64,000 bases of DNA from an uncultured Methanomicrobiaceae archaeon (lineage in GTDB: Archaea > Halobacteriota > Methanomicrobia > Methanomicrobiales > Methanoculleaceae), in assembly GCA_963826525.1 (NCBI GenBank), contig CAWGXH010000003.1, positions 480,001 through 544,000 of the forward strand. The letters are read 5' to 3'. The position numbers and the translations under genes were made by a program. The notes beneath the pieces are model-generated. The model saw only the letters and a list, made by a program, of their open reading frames with translations, ran no database searches and was not told the DNA's origin. Positions 27,702 to 38,532 of this stretch are shown here, piece by piece (within the stretch, counting starts at the first letter, position 1; every line of letters begins with the position of its first letter).

Positions 27702-29585
27702 TCAATCGACCCTCCGTATCGGCGGACACTCCCACGTCGCATCCACGACTTCCTGGTGCGGGACATACAGGCGCAGAATGGGGAACCATGCGCCGCTGCC
27801 GGTCGGCAGCCAGTTCGACTCTTTATCCGCTCCGGGTGATTCGTCCTGGAAGTAGAAGGTCGTCCCGCCATCCGCATTCTTCCTGACGCCCGGCACCCGG
27901 TCACCGATGGAGTAGCGGTTGATCGGGTTTTTGATCAGGTTCATGTCGGTGCCATAGGCGGTCATCGACCAGAATGCATCGACGGGCGGTTCCGAGCCCC
28001 TGAGGAAAGTCACCTCGTACTTATGAGCGCCCGTGAGCGGTTCGCCCCTATCGTCCGTGAAGTTGATCAGGTAGACCGCTTCGGCCGGGTCGTTGGCGGC
28101 TATGCCGGCCAGAGACTGGCAGGCGGCCCGCAGGAGAAACTCATCGCCGAACCGGCCTTCGCTGGGTGGAGGGTAGCGCCAGCCGTTGACGACCGTCGCC
28201 CAGGACCCGGCCGCGAAATACTGCCGCAGCAGCAGCATGCCTGCGCCCGCCGCGCGCTGCAGCGCCTTCTTCACCGCATCCGGCTGCTGATCTACGTCCC
28301 GGTCAGGTCCGATGCCGATCGTCGCGAACTGCTTGAGCAGGATCTCGTGGTGCGCCGGGGCCGGGTTCTCGGCCAGCATGGCGTTGAGCGCTTTCCACGG
28401 GCCCATCGGATCCTCGGCCGCTGCTGCGGGCCTGTAGACGTCACGGCGTTCGGGCCGGGGAGCGTCGGACTGGCCCCAGAGGCTCAGCGGTGTCAGCCTG
28501 TACTGCGCCTGGAGGGCGTGAACGGCGGGCAGGTCATCGGCTCCGTTCACCAGGGTGCGGCCCAGGATCAACATCCAGGGCGTCGGGCAGGACGGCGTCA
28601 CCGCGGTCACGCCCTCGGGGAGATCGCCGCGCCAGTCGGGGCCGATGAGCGCATAGTGGCCTGCCGGTGGATCCGACGCGCTGGCCGACATAGGCGAAGT
28701 TGTCCGAGGTATACCCCACGAGCTGAAACGTCCAGTAGCGTTCCGGCGAGATCTCGGGAACGGTGAGGATCATCGGCTCCGCGCTCGAGCTCCACCCAGG
28801 CGATTGAGTACAGAGTATCGTTGTTCGGGCAGCCGCCGTCGCGGTAGGTGGCGTCGATCACCTCGGTGGCATGCCAGAACGTGTTGACCGGTGCATACGG
28901 AACATGCTTCGGGTCCTGGGATATATTCGTCCACTTGTAGCGGGTCTGCGCATTATAGACGTACGGGAAACCGTAGATGAACGCCTGCAATGCCAGTGAG
29001 TAGGCGTTCTCCGCTTGCCAGTCGAAGACCGCGGCCGCAACAGGCGCCGATGCCCGCGGAGCCGCACCTGCCTTCGCTTCGAGGTCGTTCGTACCCTCTG
29101 CCGCGCCGAGACCCGCGCCGATACGCTTCAGATCGTCGGCGGTCAGAATCCGGGCGCCTGCTCTCCGGATGCTGTCCTCGATCTCTCCGGCGGACTGCGG
29201 GTTGATGAAGAGGCCGACGGCCACCGCACCGGGGTTCAAAGCATGACCCAGGTGGGTCGCCCGGACATTCAGCTCCGCGGGGCTGCCAACCGGTTTGCCG
29301 GCGACGGCGGTCAGGTTCGCCGCAACACGTTCAGCTCAGCGCCGCGACGTCCACGCCCGAGGTCGAACCGATCTCGATGACGCTGACGCCAACCTCCCCC
29401 TGATCGTTCTTCGCGAGGACCAGGATATTGCTGACGTTGACCATCCGGAGCCGGGAACGAAGCCGCTCGATCGTCTCCAGTGCAGCGTCGGCCGCTGCCC
29501 TGCTCGCAAAGACCCCGGCCACCAGGTGCTGCTTTTCCGGGAGCGGCTCCGGTTTCGACACTCGCTTTTCCTGTTGTAATTCCAT
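27702..29585 (-). CDS. DUF1254-DUF1214 protein with N-terminal DUF1269-like domain (three frameshifts)
   Basis: AFIYGFP, PNNDTLYS.AW, GHYALIGPDW.G, ILGRTLV, ANDPAEAVY, PPVDAFWSMT.Y, NPINRYSI, NWLP and LRLYVP motifs. Frames join at about 29335, 28790 and 28670. Confidence 0.8.
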
Positions 29586-29786
29586 TGATCTCACCTCATA
29601 TGGCGTTACATAATGCCTGGATTGGGCTGCTTCAGTTGACGTGCCGCGCCTCTGGCTCTCTCCAGCTAGAGGTTGCCCGGGCCGACTTGGAGTACCGCCG
29701 GAAGCATACCCGCCAGTCAGGCATAGTATGGATGGAGACAGGATTCCCTGAATAAAAAATGAAAGCGGGCCAGTCTCGGCACCGAC

Positions 29787-30350
29787 TCATCGTGCCGGGG
29801 CAGCCATCGGCTTCTTCTGCTCCTGTGCATCGGCCGCTTCGACCGCGTCCCGAAGCGCCGCTCCGGCCATCACGAGGGCTTCCGGCGTGACCATGCCCTG
29901 GGCGATAAGGAACCCGTTTGCATCTCGGAGCGCCTGTTTGAGGTCCTTCGCCCAGAGGTGCTCGATGAGCATGATGCCGGCGGCGGTGTCGTTCGGGATT
30001 TCGTCCGCGATCCTCTTGACGTTCTCCTCGGTCATCCCGAAGCTCCTCTCGGCAGCCGCCATGGTGCCGGCCTCGGCACCGGTCTGTGCTCCCTCCTCCC
30101 CGCCGGCCCCGAAGCCGATGAGCGCGCCGACGACGGAGCCGAAGCGCTCACGCTCCTCATCGCTCAGCTGGGTAGCCTCCACGCCGCTGACCTTGCCGTC
30201 TGCGTCTTTGTACACGAACCGGAGGTCGATCATCCTGACGACACCCTTCTCCATCGCCGACCCGAGCGCTTTTCGGATCTGGCCGTGGAAGTCCGGGTTC
30301 TCGAATCCGATGACCAGGAGCTGCATCGGTCCATACATAACTTCAGCCAT
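29787..30350 (-). CDS. DUF1269/DUF6325-related protein
   Basis: GPMQLLVIGF, VRMIDLRFVYKDADG, Gly/Ala-rich hairpin and AAGIMLIEHLWA motifs. Confidence 0.8.
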   Translation of the reverse strand: MAEVMYGPMQLLVIGFENPDFHGQIRKALGSAMEKGVVRMIDLRFVYKDADGKVSGVEATQLSDEERERFGSVVGALIGFGAGGEEGAQTGAEAGTMAAAERSFGMTEENVKRIADEIPNDTAAGIMLIEHLWAKDLKQALRDANGFLIAQGMVTPEALVMAGAALRDAVEAADAQEQKKPMAAPAR

Positions 30351-31058
30351 GTTGTGTTCCCCCTTGACTAAATACATAGGTTGCCCGCCCGCACGCCATG
30401 ATCCGGTGCCCCATGCTGACGAATCAAAGAGCAGAGTGTTTCTCCCTGCAATCTTCACGCCTCTCTGGCAGCGTGCAGACCGGCGGCGGGTTCGAACCAT
30501 GATGGGGTGTCAAATATAAAATAGTATTTATACAATTCAGGTACGCCCGAATATCCGGATACTTTCCGTTTTCAGAGCCATTTCTCCCCAATCAGGCTCC
30601 GTGCCCTCCGGCATTCCTGTCCTGCCGTCTCGACGGACTCGTTGATTGCTCATCTCTCAGTTTTTCTTCTTTCTTTGCTGCGATACAGAGCAATCCGGCA
30701 TCACCCCGGCGGGGCAGAACCGCTCTCTGCCGTTCGTTCCTGAGTCCGGAATCCCACAAAATCCGGTGCAACCGCCGCAGGTATCTATATATACTCTCTC
30801 CTCTATCCTGCCGCGACGTGGGATCAGTGATACCGTGGACGTTTTCACCCTACACCGCCTGCAAGTAGTTCTTCCCTTTTCAGAACGGTTAACAAGACAT
30901 ACGCACGTCCGGCGCAGCGGAGATACCCGGGAAACGGGGAGAACACCATCCACCTGTCTGCACAGGACCAACGCACGCGGGATCGTGATCGCATGCACAC
31001 GAGCTCTCCCGCCTCTCAAGAGACGGAGAACTTGCAACAGTCGAGGAAGGTGAAACAT

Positions 31059-32435
31059 ATGAGAAGTATATCTTTCAAGGCGATGACCGTCGCGATTCTC
31101 GTCATCGTCGTCATCTGTGCGACGGGACTCGTTTCGGCACTGCCACCTATCGGGCAGCCTACGGGACCGCCGGTAGTAGTCGCACCTCCGACTACGGTAC
31201 CGCCGACACCGACGCGAACCCCAATCGTCGGACCGACAATAGTAGTCGAACCGCCAATAGCCGTACTTCCGACGGATACACCCCGGATACTGCCGACGGT
31301 CACACTGACGCCGACGCCGACAATGACACCGTCGGTCACGCCTACGCCAACGCAAACACCGACCGTGACACCGACGCCAACGGTCACGCCGACGGCTACC
31401 CCTACAGCCACACCTACGCAGTCGCAACCATCGACGGTCACCCCTCTGCGGCCGTCACCGCCGGCGGTCGCACCTCCGCAATTGCCGCCGCCGTCCCAGC
31501 AGAACGTCTCGGCAGGTGCCGGGATACAGGTATCGAGCGGCCCGGCGGATACTATGTATCCTGCAATATCCGGAGAGAGTATCATCTGGGTGAAGAACGA
31601 TTCATCGAACGATTCGGTCTCGGTGCAGCTCTACAATACGTCCTCGGGAAACACCTCGACCATATCCAATGCCACGTCGGTCCCTCTCGTTATGCCGTAC
31701 CAACTTGCCATCGCTCAAAATAACGCTGTCTGGTCGGGAACAGACCCGCAGACGGGAGGCATCAACATCTACCTCTACGACACCGCTTCGGCCGGGCTCC
31801 GGCAGGTGACGGAAGACGGCCCCGGGGCGCAGCTGGACCCGGGTGTTTCGGAAGGCTACATCATCTGGACGAACCTTACGAACGAGTCGAGCGATGTATA
31901 CCTCTACGAGATTGCAGGCGGAAACATCACACCCCTGGTCACCGATCCCTACTACCAGATGGAGACGGCCATCGGTGGAAATACGACGGCCTGGGTGGAT
32001 AATAAAACCGAGGGCGGAGACTTCGAGATCGTAGTAGCGCCCCTCGGGAGATCGGAAGGAACGATCCTCGGCACTTCAGGTGACGATCAGTATCCCGATG
32101 TCTCGAGTGACGGCAGTCGCGTCGCCTGGATCAGCTTCCTCGAGAACCGGAGCGCCGTCTACCTCTATGACGTGGCGACGAATAACGCAACCCAGATAAC
32201 CGGAGCATCCGCACTCCCGGATTCTGTTGCGGTCGATGGCAACCTCGTGGTCTACTCGGATCTGCGGAGCGGAAACCACGACATCTATCTGTATAATATC
32301 ACCACCGGCATGGAGACGCCGGTCACGCAGGACCTGTACGATCAGTCCTACCCGGACGTCTCCAACGGCGAGATCGTCTGGATGGGCAACAATACCGGTC
32401 ACTGGGAGATCTACCGTGCCTCTGCCGGCGGGTAG
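31059..32435 (+). CDS. Secreted Pro/Thr-rich protein with methanogen beta-propeller (TolB-like) repeats
   Basis: Signal peptide and (TP)n linker. Repeated P.(I/V)SG..I(I/V)W...D(I/V)YLY(D/N) units. Confidence 0.85.
   Translation: MRSISFKAMTVAILVIVVICATGLVSALPPIGQPTGPPVVVAPPTTVPPTPTRTPIVGPTIVVEPPIAVLPTDTPRILPTVTLTPTPTMTPSVTPTPTQTPTVTPTPTVTPTATPTATPTQSQPSTVTPLRPSPPAVAPPQLPPPSQQNVSAGAGIQVSSGPADTMYPAISGESIIWVKNDSSNDSVSVQLYNTSSGNTSTISNATSVPLVMPYQLAIAQNNAVWSGTDPQTGGINIYLYDTASAGLRQVTEDGPGAQLDPGVSEGYIIWTNLTNESSDVYLYEIAGGNITPLVTDPYYQMETAIGGNTTAWVDNKTEGGDFEIVVAPLGRSEGTILGTSGDDQYPDVSSDGSRVAWISFLENRSAVYLYDVATNNATQITGASALPDSVAVDGNLVVYSDLRSGNHDIYLYNITTGMETPVTQDLYDQSYPDVSNGEIVWMGNNTGHWEIYRASAGG
31295..31420 (+). 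repeat. Degenerate Thr-Pro codon repeat
   Basis: ACGCCGACGCCGACAATGACACCG... encodes TPTPTMTPSVTPTPTQTPTVTPTPTVTPTATPTATPT. Confidence 0.8.
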
Positions 32436-32505
32436 CGGGAGGAGAGTTGGATAACTGACGAGTCCGACACGTAACTCCGATACGGACATTCACGAGCTAG
32501 TGTTC

Positions 32506-32544
32506 TGTGGTGGTTCCCCACCACAACGCATTCCACCTTTTTTG
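32506..32544 (+). terminator. Hairpin followed by a T-tract between convergent genes
   Basis: TGTGGTGG-TTCC-CCACCACA, then CCTTTTTT. Confidence 0.4.
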
Positions 32545-32705
32545 CTGGAGCGGGGGTAGCGAGCAACCGAAAGAGGCGATGGAGAGCCTCCCGGTGGATA
32601 GGGCACCAGGTATCCTTCCCGAAGGTACAACTCGAGAGATTGCGCACGGAATCGTGACGGGTTTGCGTGTATCGGCGAAGGAGCCGGGCTGGTCTTCCCC
32701 GTAGC

Positions 32706-35700
32706 TCACGCTTTTCGAAGCGTGAACCGGAACGCCGCGCCTTCCTCGGGGTGGCCGGCCGCCCGGTCGTCGATCCGGACTCTCCCGCCGTAGCGCTCGA
32801 CGAGCGTCCGGACGATGAAGAGCCCGAGTCCCTGACCGCTCCCCCTGGCCATGCCCCGTTCGAACCGGGTGAAGAGTTTTCCTTTCACCTCGTCCGGCAC
32901 GCCCGGGCCCGTGTCCTCGACCGAGACCAGCACCTCGCCGTTCCGCTCCTCGGCCCGGATGGCGATCTCGACATCCGCTCCACCGAACTTGACGGCGTTG
33001 CCGATGAGGTTCGTGAAGACGGTCGGGAGGAGGCCGTCCGCCAGCACCTCGACCGGCGAGCCGTCGTACCGGATCGATGCACCGGGGAATCGTGCGATCT
33101 CATCCCTGATGACCGCATCGAGGTTCACCGGCACCAGGTTGCCGGATTCCTCGGAAGCCCGCCGGATGGTGGCGACGTTCCGGAGTATCTCGCTGCTCCG
33201 GTCGATGCTGTCGTGCAGTTTCTCGGCATAGGTCTTCAGGTCTCCTTCCGCAAGGTCTGCGAGGAGGTCGGCGTACATGCTCGAGACGTTGTTCGCGTTC
33301 CGGACATCGTGGGTCATGATATCGAGGTACATGTTCGCCTCGTCGCGTGCCGCTTCCACCTCCCCGCTCTTCCGGACAAGATCCTCGGTGCGGCGCCGGA
33401 GCGCTTCTTCCGCCCGTTTGCGCTCGGTGATATCCATCACCATGCCGACGATAAAGCGGCGGCCGTCGGTAAGCGTGCCCGGCGAGGACGCGAAGAAACT
33501 CCAGTGCCGGGTCAGGCCGTCGCGGGTGTGGATAGGGAATTCGATCCCGATCGTGTGCCGGTCGCCCCTGAACAGTGCCTGTACGTGATCGCGCACGGCA
33601 TCCGCGCCCTCGCCGTAGGCACGGGTGAGCCAGGCGTCGAACGTTGGCACGTCCTCGAGCGTATACCCGGTCAACTCGGTCCAGGTGCGGCTGATCTGGA
33701 GCACTTCGCCGTCCTCGGCGTGCATGATGATCGGGATCGGTGCATCCTCGATGGCCAGCCGGAACCGCTCCTCGCTCTCCTTCAGGGCTTCCTCTGCCCG
33801 TTTGCGGTCGGTGATGTCGCGTGCGTTCACCAGGAAACCCCGGACGGCCGGCTCTTCCAGGAGATTGGCGCCGATTATATCCAGATACAGCCACTCTCCA
33901 GAGATGTGCCGAATCCTGACTTCGAGGGTGATCCGCTCTCTCGGATGGGCGGCAGCAGTACGGAGGGCGTCCACCACAAGCTGCAGATCGTCCGGGTGCG
34001 TCAGTTCGAGGACGCTTCTCCCGATGAGGTCTTCGGGTGCATACCCGCCGATCGGTTTCACCGACGGGCTCGCATACTGGATGCGGCCGCCCGGATCGAG
34101 GACGACGACGATGTCCGAGGCATTCTCGGTGAGCAGCCGGAACCGTTCCTCGCTCTGACGCAGGGCTTCTTCGGCCTGCTTCCGCTCGGTGATGTCCCGA
34201 ACGATCATCGTCGTCCTGACAACACCCTCCCTGTCCGTGAAGAGCGCGGACGATACCTCGCCGGGGAAGGTGGTCCCGTCTTTTCGCCGGAGCCTGAGTT
34301 CTCCTTTGAACCTCCCGGTCCTGGCCCTCTCCTCGAGAGCGGGCTTGAGGCGCGGATCCGAGAGATCCGCGACACCGTTCCTGCCTGCGCGGATCAGCTC
34401 CTCCTCGGTCATTCCGAAGATCCGGCGGGCCTCGGCATTGGCAGCGTAGATCGAGCCGTCGGGATCCGTGAGAAGAACCGCGTCGATGCTGTTCTCGACG
34501 AGGTTCCGGTACCGATCCTCGCTCTCCCGCAATGCCTCTTCGGCCCGTTTCCGGTCGGTGATATCGGTGAAGCTCTCGAGAGCCTGCGTCGACTTGGCCG
34601 GATGCATCCTTAATCGGCTGGGCAATAATGCGTGTACCAGCGCCCACGTTCCGGGTTGTACTTCTCAACTTTCGCAACTTCGCCCGTTGCAAAGACGCGC
34701 TGTGCCGCACACACTTCGCACGGCTCGCTCCTGCCTCCGTAGAATCGATAGCATCTCCGGCCGACGGGCTCCTGTTCGGGAAACAGGTCGCGGGTCTTCT
34801 GGTTTACCCAGACGATTGTCATATCCGGGTCGATGAGTGACTGTGCCGTATCAAGCGCGGACAGGATGGAACCTGCCCGTTCCTTCTCCCGGCACAGGGC
34901 CTCCTCCACTCGCTTGCGTTCTTCGATCTCGATCCGGAGCCGGTTATTGGCACGCTCGAGTTCGGCAGTCCGTTCCCTGACCCGGTCGTCGAGCTCGGCA
35001 TAGGCCATCTGTAACGCTTCTTCGGCTTGCTTTCGCTCGGTGATGTCAATCGCAACACCAATCTTTTGCTTGAGCGAACCGTCTGCGTTTCTCAGAAATG
35101 GACGTTCGTACGTATGCAGGATGCGCCATGAGCCGTCTTGATCTCTTGTGCGATGTTCATTTTCCAGAATCTCATTGTCTGCGGCAGATAGAACCTTTGA
35201 CTGGAAGGCGATCACTCTTTGCAGATCGTCGGGATGGATCATGTTGGCAAACAGTTCCGCACCCATGGCTCGAACGTGCCCGGTCGAATACCCCAGAATT
35301 CGCTGGATGCCATTGTTGGAGTACACGTTGCTCTGCGTCTCCAGATCATAGATATAGATAATAGCAGGAGAGGTATTCACGACCGATGAGAGAAAATGTT
35401 CCTGTTCCAGCAATGCCTCCTCCAGCCTCTTGCGCTCTTCAACTTCGGCTTTAAGTTTGGTATTGGACAGTTGAGCTCCGCCGTTCTCTCCCGGACACGG
35501 CACTCCAGTTCATCCCGTGCCTCCCGCAGTGCCTTCTCCGCCTGCTTTCGCTCGGTGATGTCCAGCACCCCCGCGATAGCGCCGGAATACTTCCCCTTAC
35601 TGCTGTAGAGTGGAGAGGTGACCAGCAGGGTATCGATACGGCTCCCGTCCTTGCGGATGAACGTATATTCCATCTGCTCGCTCACCCCCGCCCTTCGGCG

Positions 35701-36357
35701 CTCCTTCTCTTCATCCAGACGGCCCCTGTCCTCTTCGGGAAGGAACTGCGCAAAGGGTTTTCCCACCACCTCTTTGACGGTGTAGCCGAGCATCTCCGCC
35801 ATCCGCTCGTTGACGAAGGTGATACGTGCACCGGTATCGATCGCCCCGATGCCCTCGCTCAGGCTCTCCGGAAGTGCCTGGAGTTCTTCGGTCAGGGCAT
35901 GCAGCTCCTCGTTTGCAGTCGCAGGATCTTCGGCCTGCTGCTCGCCATGCCGAACCGCCGGTATCCGAGCCTCAGCCGGATGGAGGCTGATGAGCTGCAC
36001 GCCCCGGAGCGGTTCGTCCTGCATGACGCTGCTTGAGACGAGAACCGGGTGCTCCTGACCGTCGGAGGAACGGATGGTGCAGGTGAGATCGGTGACCTCG
36101 TGCCGCCCGGAGAGCAATGCCGTTATCTTCGCCGCGCACGTTTCGTCTGCGATCTGCGGTGTCAGGTGCAGGCGCACGAACCGGTCTGCGTCGCTGCCGT
36201 GGAGGGCGTCCCGATCGATGCCGAGGAGGCGCTCGAGCGGGCGGTTGATCCAGGCCACACGGGTGTCGCGATCGATCAGGAGCGCCCCCTCGGTGAGCGT
36301 ATCAAGTATGACTGCTGCCGACTGCAATTCGGCTGAGAAATAGCGGGGTGAACTCAT
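32706..36357 (-). CDS. Multi-PAS (about 7) histidine kinase, about 1200 aa (frameshifts near 35470, 34630, 34590)
   Basis: Three consecutive ORFs join in mid-domain. Repeated DITERK motifs; H-box MTHDVRN, NLIGNAVK, DTGPG and GLGL. Confidence 0.85.
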
Positions 36358-36676
36358 TGCGTAAGTACTCCTGCAGGCTCGATTTCAAGTTTTTATAAAT
36401 GATAGTGCATAAAGCCTTTCAACGACGAATAAACGAAATGAAGAAATGCCTCCAGTCTCTCCGGAATTGCAATCGTTCAGACCGGCACGAACGGATCATC
36501 TGTTCATGGAGGCAAAAAGGGTTTGCATCGATACCGTCCTCCTCGCTTGCGGCGGTCCGGCTGCATGAGCGAACGGGATGCTGCGTTATCCTCTCGATCC
36601 CGCCTCCGCCCTCCTCCCGGGAAGACGGGTAACGGCAGCAGGCGGCCATCCGAACGGAAAAAGGGTGCATCCGCCC

Positions 36677-38342
36677 TCACGCCATCTCGTTGCGCTGCAG
36701 AAACGCCCGTATCGCCCGGGACTCCACCCATCCCCGGTCGAGCTGCCCGACGATATCGTTGATCCGCTGCACCTGCTCCCGGATACTCACGGCGGCCGTT
36801 GCGTCCTCGAGCAGATCCGCCCGGGCCAGGATAACCTGCAGGGGGTGGCGGATATGGTCGCCGAGGATAGCGAACTGCTCCATGTTCTGTTCGATCTGGG
36901 CATACGCCTGCCGCCGGATCGCTTCGTGATGTTTCCGGTCGGTGATGTCGTACATGATGCCGTGGCTTGCTACGGCGCGGCCGGCAGCATCGTAGGCGAA
37001 CCTGCGGGCAGCATGGATCCAGCGCTCCTTGCCGCCGGGCAGGCAGACGCGGTAGTCCATCACGAAATCCTTCCGGTCACGGATACTCCGCTCGAGCTCC
37101 GCGATGACGTGCTCGCGGTCATCGGGGTGCAGTCGGTCGACAAGGGCGGCGATGCCCGGTTCGACGCTCCCGGGTGCATACCCGAGCAGCTCGCACTGCC
37201 GGGGATTCCACTCTGTTCTGCCGCTCTCGAGATCCCAGAACGATATCCCGGCCGAGATGGCATCCAGTGCCAGTCCCAGCCTGTCGCGGCTCGTGCGCAG
37301 TTCGTCTTCGATCCGTTTCCGCCCGGTGATATCCTGCACCACCGAGAGAAGGTACCGCTCTCCGCCTACCGTCACCACGTCCTGGTTGCTCGAGATGATA
37401 CGCATCTCGCCGGATTTCGTGAACAGCGATTTCTCCAGATCGCGCACCGAACCTTTCCGCAGAAGCTCGGCCATGAGGCGTGAGCGTCCCTCGGGGTCGG
37501 GGTCGATGCCCAGCTCGAAACGGTTTTTGCCGAGCGCCTCCTGCCTGGTGTAGCCGAATGTCTTCACCCACTGCTCGTTAACATTCACGTACGCACCGCC
37601 GTCCCGCCGGGCCAGCGAGATCGGGAAGGGCGCCCGCTCGAAGATGAGGAAGAATCTCCGCTCGCTCTCCTGCAGGGCACGCTTCGAGATGAGGCGGTGC
37701 ATGGCGATGGCGATGTAGTCGGCGACGGCCTTCATCACCGCGAGGTCTCTCTCCGGGAAACGGGTGCGTGAACGGGTTCCGAAGGAGAGCGTACCGAGGA
37801 CGGCACCTTCTACGATGAGCGGATGGCATGCATACGCCTGCACGCCATAGGATCTGACCAGCTCCGTTCGGGGGTCGGGTGTGGTGGGGATCTCTTCCGC
37901 CACAATCCGGCAGGCATCCCGGGCTGCACACCCGCAGACGGCGGTGCCGTAGTCCAGCCACTCGATCTTCCGCGCCTCCTCCTCCGGAATACCGCCCACT
38001 GGCATTCAGGTGCATGCAGCCTTTCTCCGGGTCAGCGAGGTAGTTGAAGAAGACGTCGCACTCCAGAAACGCCATGGTCTTCCGGCAGAGATCATTGGCG
38101 ATCGCCTGGGGATTCTCGGCCGTAAGGAGCCGGCTTGCCACATCCGCCAGGAGCTCCTCGCGGCGTTTACTCCAGAGAAGGCTTTCCTCCGCCTGCCTGA
38201 GTTCTGCGTTCTCCCGGCGAAGAGCCTCGATCTCTGCCTGCAGCCGGGTGACGAGTCCGGCATCCGGGCAGTCCCCTGCCGGCTCTCCTTCCTCCTGTTC
38301 GCGAACCGTGTTCTTTCCTGGGGAGTGAGGTGGTGCGGTCAT
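36677..38342 (-). CDS. GAF-PAS-PAS sensor ending in a HisKA/DHp-like helix pair, without ATPase domain (frameshift near 38000)
   Basis: GAF (YACHPL..LGTLSFG), two PAS domains and C-terminal LGDHIRHPLQVI...LDRGWVES..IRAFL. Confidence 0.8.
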
Positions 38343-38532
38343 ATGCGTATCCGTATGCTGTCCGGGTAAAATGGAGGAGAAAGCTCTACTCGCATTTACA
38401 TAGCAGTAACGATCCGTCTCCCACGATAGCGATCGTTACCGGGGGGCAGGGAAGTCGTCGGCCTGCGTGTTCGCCGAAAATGTTCAGTTAAAAACTGCTC
38501 CGGGATCCCCGGCGGCCGGGTCTCTCCGTAGC

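Noticed and set aside
32706-36357. Programmed frameshifting or a three-gene split of the giant PAS kinase
   Set aside because: The breaks fall in mid-domain without slippery heptamers and match the window-wide indel pattern.
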